64,000 bases of DNA, from positions 480,001 to 544,000 of the forward strand of contig CBDCZH010000015.1 of assembly GCA_965224485.1 (NCBI GenBank), read 5' to 3'. Below, one piece after another: positions 11,189 to 21,080 of the stretch. The first letter of the stretch is position 1; every line of letters begins with the position of its first letter. Below the pieces are notes generated by a model. It saw only the letters and a program-made list of their open reading frames with translations. It did not search any database and was not told the DNA's origin. The DNA is from Arcobacteraceae bacterium. GTDB taxonomy: Bacteria; Campylobacterota; Campylobacteria; Campylobacterales; Arcobacteraceae. The position numbers were made by a program, and so were the translations under genes.

Positions 11189-11243
11189 TGTATATTTTAT
11201 ATACAGATTAGTTATATATTTTATATACAATATATCTTATACT
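11189..11243 (+). promoter_or_regulatory. Tandem boxes (11189-11205, 11213-11229) and -10 TATACT (11238-11243)
   Basis: TGTATAttttaTATACA and TATATAttttaTATACA 24 bp apart; first box 33 bp from the -10. Confidence 0.75.
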
Positions 11244-11270
11244 TTTTCATCTTAATAAAAAAGGAAGAAG

Positions 11271-12551
11271 ATGGCAGGTTTAAAAGATTTAAAAGGGCAA
11301 GGTCATACACCCACACTATTTATGGCTTTTTTGTACTTTGATATGAGTTTTATGGTATGGACTATGTTAGGTCCATTAAGTACAGAAATTTCTGAAGTTT
11401 TAGCCTTAAGTGGTCATATAATGACAGCTTCACAAAAAGCTACTTTACTCTCACTCCCAATACTCTCAGGTGCAATTTTAAGAATAGTTCTTGGTTTTGG
11501 TGTTGATAAGATAGGAGCTAAAAGAACTGCTCTTATTTCACAAGTAATAGTAATTTTTGCCTTACTTGGCACTTACTTACAAGCAGATTCAATTACTTAT
11601 AACCAACTATTAATTGTTGCACTTGGACTTGGTTTTGCAGGAGCTTCTTTTGCAGTAGCCCTTCCTCAAGCAGGACAATGGTATCCACCAAAACTTCAAG
11701 GAGTTGTTTTAGGAATTGCTGGAGCTGGAAATATTGGTGTTGTAATTGATTTTCTTTTTGCACCTAAAATTGCAGAATTGTGGGGATGGGAAGCTGTTTT
11801 TGGTATAGGAGCACTTATGTCAACTTTGGTATTTATCTCTTATACTTTTTTAGCAAAAGATGCACCTAAATCTATTTACAAATCAAATCCTAAAAAATTA
11901 AAAGATTATGTAAAATTATTAAAAGATAAAGATACCTGGTGGTTTTGTTTATTTTATGCTGTTTCTTTTGGTGGCTTTGTTGGTTTTGCAGGATATATGA
12001 AAGTTTATTTAATGAATACTTATAGTGTAGATATGTCTTCTTTTGGAATACAAACTTTAGATGAATCAAATGTAAAAGTAATTGCAGGTTATTTTGGAGC
12101 CTTATGTATTTTTGCAGGAGCAGTATTAAGACCAGTTGGAGGGACTATTGCTGATAAAATTGGTGGAGTTAAATCTTTATACTTTTTTTATTCCCTTGTA
12201 GCACTTTTAGCTATTATAAATGCAACAATAGTTTTACCATTTTATCTAGCTATTATAGTTTTATTTTTAATCATGGCAAATTTAGGAATGGCAAATGGAG
12301 CTGTTTTCCAACTTGTTCCACAAAGATTTGGAAAAGACATTGGTATTATGACTGGACTTATTGGATGTGCTGGAGGACTTGGAGGAACAGCTTTAATCAA
12401 AACCTTAGGTTGGTCAAAAGGAATATTTGATGGTTATTCTGCTGGATTTTTAATATTTGCACTTGTTGTTGTTATAGCAATTTTTGGTATTTCCTTAGTT
12501 AAAACAAGATGGAGAACTACTTGGGGAGTTGCAGCTGGTGGTAGAATTTAA
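11271..12551 (+). CDS. narK: Nitrate/nitrite MFS transporter (NarK/NasA family)
   Basis: 'GHTPTLFMAFLYFDMSFMVW', 'GFAGASFAVALP...WYP...QG', 'GMANGAVFQLVPQRF' nitrate signatures. Confidence 0.92.
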   Translation: MAGLKDLKGQGHTPTLFMAFLYFDMSFMVWTMLGPLSTEISEVLALSGHIMTASQKATLLSLPILSGAILRIVLGFGVDKIGAKRTALISQVIVIFALLGTYLQADSITYNQLLIVALGLGFAGASFAVALPQAGQWYPPKLQGVVLGIAGAGNIGVVIDFLFAPKIAELWGWEAVFGIGALMSTLVFISYTFLAKDAPKSIYKSNPKKLKDYVKLLKDKDTWWFCLFYAVSFGGFVGFAGYMKVYLMNTYSVDMSSFGIQTLDESNVKVIAGYFGALCIFAGAVLRPVGGTIADKIGGVKSLYFFYSLVALLAIINATIVLPFYLAIIVLFLIMANLGMANGAVFQLVPQRFGKDIGIMTGLIGCAGGLGGTALIKTLGWSKGIFDGYSAGFLIFALVVVIAIFGISLVKTRWRTTWGVAAGGRI

Positions 12552-12590
12552 ATTATATATTTTATCTACTTTAATAAATAAAGGCTAATT

Positions 12591-14222
12591 ATGAGTAAAA
12601 ATAATATTCAGTTCTCTTCTTTTTCTCTTGCAAAAAGAAAAGAAATTATAGGTGATGATTTTTATGAAATAAAAGTTTTAGATGATTTAACTATAGCTAT
12701 AGTATGTGATGGGGTTGGTTCTGCAAATAAAGGAGCCCAAGCTGCTAAAAAAGTAACCAAAAGTCTTATGCATAATTTTAAAACAAAGCCTAAAAGTTGG
12801 AGCATAGAAAAAGCTTTAAATATTTTTATAAAATCTATTAATTCAATTTTATATGAAAAATCAATAGAAGATTATGAAAGTGCTCAATTAGTAACAACCC
12901 TAGCCATTGTTATTATAGAAGGCAATAGGCTTTATGGGGCAAATGTTGGAGATAGTAGAATTTATTTACAAAGAGATAATAAGCTAAACAAACTCTCATA
13001 TGATCATATCATAGGTGGAGTTGGCTTTGAAAATGTTTTAAGCTCTGCTATTGGAATTGATAAAGAAGTTGAAGTATTTTATTTTGAAAATAACTTAGAA
13101 AAAGAGGATAAAATACTTCTATGTTCAGATGGGTTATACTCTTTACTAAGTACTGAAATACTCAAAGAAAATATTAATAAGGGGGCTTATAATTTGGTAA
13201 AAAAAGCAAGTTTACTTGTGAATGATAATTTACCAGATGATACAACAGCTCTCGTACTTAATATTTTAGATACAGATGAAATAACAAAAATAAAACAGCT
13301 TAAATTACTTATTCCTTTAGATTTAAAAAAAGATGATGTAATTGATGATTATATATTAAAAGAGTCTTTAATTGGAAATAACAGAACATGGGTTTGCCAA
13401 AAAAAAGGTTTAGAATATGTAATAAAATTTGCCCCAATAGAAGCAATTCATGATGAAGAAGTTTTGGATCTTTTTGCAAAAGAAATTTGGAATGCAAAAA
13501 GATTAAAAGCTGGATTTTTTGTAAAAACTATTGTTCCTAAAAATAGAACGGCTAGATACTATATTATGCCAAAACTTAAAGGTATTAATTTAAAGAAATA
13601 TCTAAAAAAAAGAACTTTAAGTATTGAAGAATCAATATCTTTAGCTAAAACATTACTTCACATGAGTCAATATTTACTTAAATTTGATTTAGTTCATGGA
13701 GATATTAAACCTGAAAATATAATGGTACTTGAACGTAAAGGAAAAAGAATATTTAAAATTATAGATTTTGGAAGTATTACAGAACTTTATTCTTTAAATT
13801 CTAAGGCAGGAACGCCTTCATATTTGGCTCCTGAGAGATTTAAAGAAGGTCAAATCAATGAAAAAACTGAAATATTTTCTATTGGAATTACTTTATATGA
13901 AGCATTAACAAATAAGTATGCATATAAAGAAATAGAACCTTTTCAAAATCCAACTTTTAAAACAGCAAAATCGGTAAAGAATCATAATCCTAATGTTCCA
14001 TCTTGGTTAGAAGCAGTTATTTTAAGGGCCATTAGTATACCAATAGATAGAAGATATAATAATTATTCTTTAATGTTATTTGAACTAGAAAATCCTTTGA
14101 AAGTAAAAGCTTTCTTTGAAAAAGACGCTCCACTTCTAAAAAAAAATCCTTTGAAATTTTATCAGTTTTCTTTTTACTTCTTATTAATAATTAATTTTAT
14201 TCTTTTAGTAAAACTACTCTAA
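12591..14222 (+). CDS. Bifunctional PP2C phosphatase / Hanks-type Ser/Thr kinase with C-terminal TM
   Basis: PP2C motifs 'VCDGVG', 'NVGDSRIY', 'LCSDGL', 'DDTT'; kinase motifs 'HGDIKPEN', 'DFG', 'GTPSYLAPE'. Confidence 0.92.
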   Translation: MSKNNIQFSSFSLAKRKEIIGDDFYEIKVLDDLTIAIVCDGVGSANKGAQAAKKVTKSLMHNFKTKPKSWSIEKALNIFIKSINSILYEKSIEDYESAQLVTTLAIVIIEGNRLYGANVGDSRIYLQRDNKLNKLSYDHIIGGVGFENVLSSAIGIDKEVEVFYFENNLEKEDKILLCSDGLYSLLSTEILKENINKGAYNLVKKASLLVNDNLPDDTTALVLNILDTDEITKIKQLKLLIPLDLKKDDVIDDYILKESLIGNNRTWVCQKKGLEYVIKFAPIEAIHDEEVLDLFAKEIWNAKRLKAGFFVKTIVPKNRTARYYIMPKLKGINLKKYLKKRTLSIEESISLAKTLLHMSQYLLKFDLVHGDIKPENIMVLERKGKRIFKIIDFGSITELYSLNSKAGTPSYLAPERFKEGQINEKTEIFSIGITLYEALTNKYAYKEIEPFQNPTFKTAKSVKNHNPNVPSWLEAVILRAISIPIDRRYNNYSLMLFELENPLKVKAFFEKDAPLLKKNPLKFYQFSFYFLLIINFILLVKLL

Positions 14223-14229
14223 GATATTA

Positions 14230-14283
14230 TGTATATATTATATACAGTTACTAGACTATAATATATACAGATAATGATACGAT
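14230..14283 (+). promoter_or_regulatory. Box (14230-14246), second half-site (14264-14269), extended -10 TGnTACGAT (14275-14283)
   Basis: TGTATAtattaTATACA 32 bp from TACGAT; same layout as the narK promoter. Confidence 0.72.
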
Positions 14284-14310
14284 ACCTTATATAAATAAAG
14301 GAATGGTATT

Positions 14311-15900
14311 ATGTCTATTAGCGAACTTACACCCCTAGATAGTTTTATTAATCATAAAAGTAATAACAATATGCAATGTGGTAACTACTCTATAGATATA
14401 AGAAAACCTAAAAAAGGTGAACAATATAGATTCCATTTTGATGCAAGTGCCTGTATAGGTTGTCACTGCTGTGAAGTTGCTTGTAATGAGCAAAACAATA
14501 ATCCTTCTGATGTTAAATGGAGAAGAGTAGGTGAAATGCAAAGTGGTATTTTTCCAAAAGTATCTCATCATTTTAACTCAATGTCATGTAATCATTGTAT
14601 TGATCCAGAATGCTTAAAAGGCTGTCCTACCTCTTCATATATAAAGTTTGATAATGGAATTGTTTATCATGAAGATGAAACCTGTATTGGCTGTCAATAC
14701 TGTACATGGAACTGCCCTTATGAAGTTCCTGTCTTTAATGAAGATAGAGCAATTGTAACAAAGTGTCATATGTGTCATGATAAATTAGAAGTAGGAGAAA
14801 CACCATCTTGTGTTCAAGCCTGTCCCTCTGCTGCTATACAAATTGAAATAGTTAATGTAAAACAGTGGTTAGAAGTTGATATGAAAGAGCAAGGAATAGC
14901 TCCTCTTTTACCAAATATAGATATTACAAAACCAACAACTAGGTATACTTTAAATACTCAACAAGAAGATATTGTACCAGCTGATAAGCACATTATTAAA
15001 GCAAACCATGCACACTGGCCTTTAGTATTCATGACTATTTTAACTCAAATTTCATTTGGAGGGTTTTTAGCTCTTAGCTTAGGAGAACTTGTAAATTTTT
15101 CTGGTTTAAACTTAGCAGAACCTACATTTTTAATGATGTTAATAGTACTTTTACCTTCTGCTATTGGTCTTCCTTTATCTGCTTTACATTTAGGACGTCC
15201 TTTTTTAGCTTTAAGTGCAATGAAAAACATTAAAACCTCTTGGTTAAGCAGAGAAGCATTAGCTTTAGGTTTATTTACACTAGGAATGAGTCTGATTCTT
15301 TCTTTGTTCTTTTTTCAAACAAGCCAAAGTCTAAGACTATTTTTTGAAATAATAGTTTTAGGTATTGGAACATATGGAATATATGCACAATCCATGATAT
15401 ATAGAATAAAAGCACGACCTTCTTGGAATAAAAAAGATACAAACAATATCTTTTTTACTGTTTCTTATATTGGTATTTTTATAGTAACTTTTATTTTACT
15501 TTTAAACAATGAATATTCAAGTGCTGCTGCTTTACTTCCTTTTGGTCTAGGTCTTGCTATTTTTCAATTAGTTATTTTAATAAAACAAAATATGTTTTAT
15601 AAATATTTAGATAAAAACGATGAATGTTTTTATCAATTAAATAAAACTAAAATATTATATGAAGAGATGTTTAAACAAGCAAATACTTTAAGAAAAACAA
15701 CTCTTATTATAGGTGCTTTAGTATTACCTACTTTAAGTATTTTATTAATAGCAAGTACGAACTATCAAATAGCAAGTATATTCATGCTTTTTTCTATACT
15801 TATTTCTTTTATTTCAGAATTAATTTCAAGATCCTTATTTTATAAAACAGCAGTTGCACAAGGACTAGCTGGTAACTTTTTTGCAGGGAGTCAAAGATAA
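14311..15900 (+). CDS. Fused four-cluster ferredoxin (DmsB/NrfC-like) and DmsC-like membrane anchor
   Basis: 'CIGCHCCEVAC', 'CNHCIDPECLKGCP', 'CIGCQYCTWNCPY', 'KCHMC...PSCVQACP', then 'HWPLVFMTILTQ', 'LHLGRP', 'SWLSREAL'. Confidence 0.9.
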   Translation: MSISELTPLDSFINHKSNNNMQCGNYSIDIRKPKKGEQYRFHFDASACIGCHCCEVACNEQNNNPSDVKWRRVGEMQSGIFPKVSHHFNSMSCNHCIDPECLKGCPTSSYIKFDNGIVYHEDETCIGCQYCTWNCPYEVPVFNEDRAIVTKCHMCHDKLEVGETPSCVQACPSAAIQIEIVNVKQWLEVDMKEQGIAPLLPNIDITKPTTRYTLNTQQEDIVPADKHIIKANHAHWPLVFMTILTQISFGGFLALSLGELVNFSGLNLAEPTFLMMLIVLLPSAIGLPLSALHLGRPFLALSAMKNIKTSWLSREALALGLFTLGMSLILSLFFFQTSQSLRLFFEIIVLGIGTYGIYAQSMIYRIKARPSWNKKDTNNIFFTVSYIGIFIVTFILLLNNEYSSAAALLPFGLGLAIFQLVILIKQNMFYKYLDKNDECFYQLNKTKILYEEMFKQANTLRKTTLIIGALVLPTLSILLIASTNYQIASIFMLFSILISFISELISRSLFYKTAVAQGLAGNFFAGSQR

Positions 15901-18230
15901 TGTCAATATTTATAAATAAAATTAAAGATTTTTTAGGCTTTGATATAAAAGAGCAAAAGTATGCTCTAATAAATGATTCAAAATTTGGACTAATATCTAA
16001 GGAAAAAGCTCCTACTTCATGGGTACGTTCAACTTGTGGATATTGTGGCGTTGGTTGTGGTTTATATATTGGAGTTAAGGATAATAAACCTATATATACA
16101 AAAGGAGATTTTTCTCATCCAGTAAATCAAGGCACCTTATGCCCTAAAGGTTTAAGTGAACATGAAATGGTACAAAGTGAAAATAGATATAGCTCTCCTA
16201 TGATGAAAAAAGATGGAAGATTAGTAGCTTCAAGCTGGGATGAAACGTTTGCTTTTACAAGTGAAAAATTTAAAGAAATTCAAAAGAAATATGGAAAAGA
16301 AGCTCTTGCTTGTATCTCAACAGGGCAGCTTTTAAGTGAAGAATTTTATACCTTAGGTAAATTTATGCAAATAGGTTTACAATCAAATAATTATGATGGT
16401 AATACTACTTTATGTATGGCTTCTTCTGTTATGGGATATAAACAAACCTTTGGTGCAGATGGTCCAGTTGGGGCTTATGAAGATTTCTCATATGCTGATG
16501 TAATTGTGTTAATTGGAGCAAATATTGCAGACAATCATCCTATATTAAAACTACATATTGCTAAAAACAAACAATTTACTGGAAAAAAACCTACGATTAT
16601 TGTAATAGACCCAAGATACTCTAAAACAGCAAATATGGCTGATATTTTTGTTCCTCTTAAGCCTAGAAGCGATTTAGCATTAATAAATACCCTTTGTTAC
16701 ATTATTTTAGAACAAGGGTGGGAAGATACTGAGTTTATAAACAAAAGAACTACTTCTTTTAAAGAGTTTAAAAAACATATTATGAATAATTATGCCCCAC
16801 AAAATGTTGCTGTAATTACAGGAATTGAAGTAAAAGATTTATATGAATTAGCTCGTGTTTATGCAAAAGCTAACAAAGCTATGAGTGCTTGGACTATGGG
16901 AGTTAACCAAAGTTCAATTGGAACAGATACAGTAAGTGCAATTTGTAACTTGGCGTTAATTACTGGAAATATAGGGAAACAAGGAGCAAGTGCTTTATCT
17001 ATTACAGGACAGTGTAATGCTATGGGAACAAGAGAAAGTGGTTTTACCTCATCAATACCAGGATATAGAGACTTTTCTTCAAAAGAAGACAGACAAGAAT
17101 ATGCAAAGCTTGTAAATATTGAGGAAAAAGATGTTCCTAAAAAAAGAGGTTATTCTTATCCTCAAATTATTGAAGCTATTAATAGAGGTGAAATCAAAGC
17201 CTTATGGATAGTTGCAACTAATCCTTTAGTTTCTTATCCAGATCAAAATAAATTAAGAGCAGCTTTAAAAAAACTAGAGCTACTTGTAGTTCAAGATGCT
17301 TTTAAAAGTGAAACTTCACTTATTGCTGATGTTGTTTTTTCAGCATCTACTTGGTCTGAAAAAGAAGGAACTTACACAAATAGCGAACGTCGTTGTAATT
17401 ATGCAAGGAAAGCTGTTGAACCCTTAGGCAATACAAAAAGTGATTTTCATATTTTTTTAGAATTTTCTAAATATTTTGAAGGAATGCATGAAAAGTTATA
17501 TCCTAAATGGAAAAACCCTATAGATGCTTTTAATGAATGGAAAAAAGTAAGTAAAGCAAGACCATGTGATTATTCAGGAATGTCATATAACTTAATTGAA
17601 GAATTAGGAGGAATACAATGGCCTTGTAATAAGGACTTTCCAAAAGGAAAAGTTAGATTATATGATGAGAACATGCCTTTTTGTAACACAGATGGAAAAG
17701 CAAAACTTTTAAATCTTGACTGGTTAGAACTTCTTGAACCTGCAAATAAAAACTTTCCACTTATTCTAAATACTGGTCGTACAGTTGAACAGTGGCATAC
17801 AAGAACAAAGACAAAAACTATTTCAATACTAAATGATTTAGCACCACAAGCGTGGGTTGAAATAAATCCTAATGATGCCCTTAAGCTTGAAGTTAAAAGT
17901 GGTGATTATTTAAGTATTAGCTCAAAAAGAGGAAAAATCAATAACATTATTGTAAAAGAGTCTCAAATGATAAGAGAAGGTCATATTTTTGTACCTTTTC
18001 ATTATAACGAGCAGTTAATTAATACTATAAGTATTGCTGATTTTGATCCTAAATCATTTGAACCAAATTATAAACAATGTGCTGTTCAGTTACATAGTAT
18101 AAAAGTACCTTTGGGTCTTAAATATAAAGAAGAAGAGATAAAGGGAGCTTTAGAACATATACATAAAGAGAGTGAAAATAGTTTTAAAATAAAAGAACAT
18201 ATTAAAAATAATCTAAACTTGGAGAAATAG
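15900..18230 (+). CDS. nasA: Mo-bisPGD nitrate reductase catalytic subunit, assimilatory (NasA/NarB-like)
   Basis: 'TCGYCGVGCG...LCPKG' [4Fe-4S], 'TTLCMAS' Mo-Cys, 'TGQCNAMGTRE', 'NTGR...WHTRT'; no twin-Arg signal; upstream of nirBD. Confidence 0.85.
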   Translation: MSIFINKIKDFLGFDIKEQKYALINDSKFGLISKEKAPTSWVRSTCGYCGVGCGLYIGVKDNKPIYTKGDFSHPVNQGTLCPKGLSEHEMVQSENRYSSPMMKKDGRLVASSWDETFAFTSEKFKEIQKKYGKEALACISTGQLLSEEFYTLGKFMQIGLQSNNYDGNTTLCMASSVMGYKQTFGADGPVGAYEDFSYADVIVLIGANIADNHPILKLHIAKNKQFTGKKPTIIVIDPRYSKTANMADIFVPLKPRSDLALINTLCYIILEQGWEDTEFINKRTTSFKEFKKHIMNNYAPQNVAVITGIEVKDLYELARVYAKANKAMSAWTMGVNQSSIGTDTVSAICNLALITGNIGKQGASALSITGQCNAMGTRESGFTSSIPGYRDFSSKEDRQEYAKLVNIEEKDVPKKRGYSYPQIIEAINRGEIKALWIVATNPLVSYPDQNKLRAALKKLELLVVQDAFKSETSLIADVVFSASTWSEKEGTYTNSERRCNYARKAVEPLGNTKSDFHIFLEFSKYFEGMHEKLYPKWKNPIDAFNEWKKVSKARPCDYSGMSYNLIEELGGIQWPCNKDFPKGKVRLYDENMPFCNTDGKAKLLNLDWLELLEPANKNFPLILNTGRTVEQWHTRTKTKTISILNDLAPQAWVEINPNDALKLEVKSGDYLSISSKRGKINNIIVKESQMIREGHIFVPFHYNEQLINTISIADFDPKSFEPNYKQCAVQLHSIKVPLGLKYKEEEIKGALEHIHKESENSFKIKEHIKNNLNLEK

Positions 18231-18231
18231 T

Positions 18232-20697
18232 ATGAAAGAGAAATTAATAGTAATAGGAAATGGAATGAGTGCTCTTCGTACAATTGAAGAGATATTAACA
18301 CATAATAAAGAGAAATATGAAATTCAGATATTTGGAGAAGAACCTTATGTAAACTACAATAGAATTATGCTCTCACATTTATTAAGTAAAGAAAAAACAT
18401 TTGAAGATACAATTATAAATCATCAGACTTGGTATGATGAAAATGAAATCATTTTATACAAAGACGAAAAAGTAATTTTTATTGATAAAGACAAAAAACG
18501 TATTAATACTTCTAAAAATAAAGAGATTAGTTATGACAAACTTTTAATAGCAACAGGCTCAAAACCTTTTATTCCCAAAACTAAAGGTAGCCACTTAAAA
18601 AACGTTATAGGCTTTAGAACAAAAGCTAATGTTGATTCAATTATGCAAACTATTTCAAAGAATAAAACAGCAGTTGTAGTAGGTGGTGGTTTATTAGGTC
18701 TTGAAGCTGCTTATGGAATTTCTCAACATGGAATTAAAACTATCTTAGTACATAGAAGTGAAAATTTAATGAGTCAACAATTAGATAGCACTGCTGGTAA
18801 ACTATTACAAAAAAACTTAGAGCAATATGGCATAGAGTTTAAACTAAATAATACGATTAAAGAGATTAAAGGTAAAGAAGCAGTAGAAGAAGTTTTTTTT
18901 ACTAAAGGAGCTAGTGTTGAATCAAACTTAGTTGTTTTTGCAACTGGAATTATTCCAAACACTACAATCTGTCAAGAAGCTGGTTTACATGTTAATAAAG
19001 GAATTATAGTTGATGATTTCTTAAAATCAAGCGATGATAATATTTTTGCTATTGGGGAGTGCTGTGAACATAAGGGAAATACTTATGGTTTAGTAGCACC
19101 ATTATTTGAACAAGCAGTAGTATTAGCAAAAAGTTTAAGCAATAAAGAAACAGAAGCATACAAAGGTTCGATTACTTCTACTAGATTAAAAGTATCAGGT
19201 GTTGACTTATTTTCAGCTGGAGATTATTTGGGTAATAGCAATACTGAAGAGTTAATTTTACTTGATGCAAAAGTAGGTATTTATAAAAAACTTGTTATTT
19301 GTGATGATAAAATAATTGGTGTAATTTTATATGGGGATACATCAGATGCTTCGTGGTATTTAAAAATGTTAAAAGAAGCTACAGATATCACTAGCTTAAG
19401 AACAAAGCTTTTATATGGAAAAACTTCTCTTAAAAATTCCTCAAAGGAAGGAAATGATATCAATTCTATGAGTGATGAAGAAGAAGTTTGTGGCTGTAAT
19501 GGAGTTTGCAAAGGTGATATTGTTACTGCTATTAAAACTAATGATTTAAAAACATTAGGTGAAGTTAAGTCGTGTACAAAAGCTGGTGCTTCTTGTGGTT
19601 CTTGTTTAGACCTAGTTGAACAAATTTTAATAAATACTTTAGGAGATGAATATAAAAATACTATAGAAGGAATTTGTCCTTGTTGTGATGTTGGACACAA
19701 AACAATTAAAGAGTGTATTAATTCTTTTGACTTTACCAATGTATACGAAGTTTTTAAAAAACTTTCTTGGAAAAATGAAGATGGTTGTATTAAATGTAGA
19801 CCAGCAATTAATTACTATTTACTTGTAAAATATAATGATAATAAATACAAAAATGATAAAAGGTCACTTTTAGTTAATGACAGAGTTTTTGCAAATATCC
19901 AAAAAGATGGTACATATTCTGTGGTACCTAGAATTTGGGGAGGGGTAACTTCTGCTAAAGAGCTAAGAGATATGGCGGATATTGCTTTAAAATATAATGT
20001 TCCTACCCTCAAATTTACAGGTGGACAAAGACTTGATATGTTGGGTGTTAAAAAAGAACAATTAGAACCTATATGGAAAGATTTAAATGATGCTGGTTTT
20101 GTATCTGGTCAAGCTTATGCAAAAGGACTAAGAACTGTTAAAACTTGTGTAGGAAATCAATGGTGCAGATTTGGGACACAAGATGCAATGCAAATGGGCA
20201 TTGATATAGAAAAACTTACTTGGGGTTCATGGATGCCACATAAATTTAAAATAGCAGTTTCAGGCTGCCCCCGTAATTGTGCGGAAGCTACTATTAAAGA
20301 TATTGGAATTATTGGAGTAGATTCTGGCTGGGAAATTTATATTGCTGGAAATGGTGGTATAAAAGTTAGGATAACAGATTTTTTTACAAAAGTTAAAAGT
20401 GATGAAGAACTATTTTTATATATAAAAGCACTTACTCAATTTTATAGAGAAGATGCTTATTATTTAGAAAGAACAGCACAATGGGTAGAACGAGTTGGCT
20501 TACAGTACGTAAAAGATGCAATTTTAAATAATAAAAGCAATAGAGTTAAGTATGCAGTTGCTTTTGAAGAATCACAAAAATATGCACAAATTGATCCTTG
20601 GGCAGAATCTATAAAGTCAGGTTTTACTAAAGAGTTTAGTCCAATTATTTTAGACATAAAAGATTCTAAAGGTTTTCAAGCAAAGGAGTTAGTGTAA
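18232..20697 (+). CDS. nirB: NADH-dependent nitrite reductase large subunit
   Basis: FAD/NADH folds, two BFD-like Cys clusters, 'VKTCVGNQWCRFG', 'SGCPRNCAE' siroheme motifs. Confidence 0.96.
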   Translation: MKEKLIVIGNGMSALRTIEEILTHNKEKYEIQIFGEEPYVNYNRIMLSHLLSKEKTFEDTIINHQTWYDENEIILYKDEKVIFIDKDKKRINTSKNKEISYDKLLIATGSKPFIPKTKGSHLKNVIGFRTKANVDSIMQTISKNKTAVVVGGGLLGLEAAYGISQHGIKTILVHRSENLMSQQLDSTAGKLLQKNLEQYGIEFKLNNTIKEIKGKEAVEEVFFTKGASVESNLVVFATGIIPNTTICQEAGLHVNKGIIVDDFLKSSDDNIFAIGECCEHKGNTYGLVAPLFEQAVVLAKSLSNKETEAYKGSITSTRLKVSGVDLFSAGDYLGNSNTEELILLDAKVGIYKKLVICDDKIIGVILYGDTSDASWYLKMLKEATDITSLRTKLLYGKTSLKNSSKEGNDINSMSDEEEVCGCNGVCKGDIVTAIKTNDLKTLGEVKSCTKAGASCGSCLDLVEQILINTLGDEYKNTIEGICPCCDVGHKTIKECINSFDFTNVYEVFKKLSWKNEDGCIKCRPAINYYLLVKYNDNKYKNDKRSLLVNDRVFANIQKDGTYSVVPRIWGGVTSAKELRDMADIALKYNVPTLKFTGGQRLDMLGVKKEQLEPIWKDLNDAGFVSGQAYAKGLRTVKTCVGNQWCRFGTQDAMQMGIDIEKLTWGSWMPHKFKIAVSGCPRNCAEATIKDIGIIGVDSGWEIYIAGNGGIKVRITDFFTKVKSDEELFLYIKALTQFYREDAYYLERTAQWVERVGLQYVKDAILNNKSNRVKYAVAFEESQKYAQIDPWAESIKSGFTKEFSPIILDIKDSKGFQAKELV

Positions 20698-21014
20698 TGA
20701 AAGAAAAAAAAACCTGGTTAGCAGTAGTAAGTCCAAAAGAAGTTCCAGTAATGGGTTCAAGAGTTTTATTTCATAAAAAAGATGAAATTGTTTTATTTAA
20801 AACTAAAGATGAAAAAATTCACGCTATTAGTAATATTTGTCCACATAAACAAGGAAAATTAAGTGAAGGGTTAGTTCATGGAAATAAAGTAACTTGTCCT
20901 TTACATAATTGGGATATTGATTTAGATTCAGGAGAAGCCAAAGGGAATGATTGTGCTTGTACTTCAACATATGAAACTAAAATTGAAAATCAAATGCTTT
21001 ACATTAAACTTTGA
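20697..21014 (+). CDS. nirD: Nitrite reductase small subunit (Rieske)
   Basis: 'CPHKQG...CPLHNW' Rieske motif, coupled to nirB. Confidence 0.93.
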   Translation: MKEKKTWLAVVSPKEVPVMGSRVLFHKKDEIVLFKTKDEKIHAISNICPHKQGKLSEGLVHGNKVTCPLHNWDIDLDSGEAKGNDCACTSTYETKIENQMLYIKL

Positions 21015-21080
21015 TATTATTTTGTATAAAAGTAATGAAAAAAATTGTATAATCAACTTACTAAAAATAAGGTTTAATAT

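Noticed and set aside
21020..21055. TGTATA half-sites upstream of the NtrC-like gene
   Set aside because: No TATACA partner at N5; the second is simply part of a TATAAT -10 element, so autoregulation is unsupported
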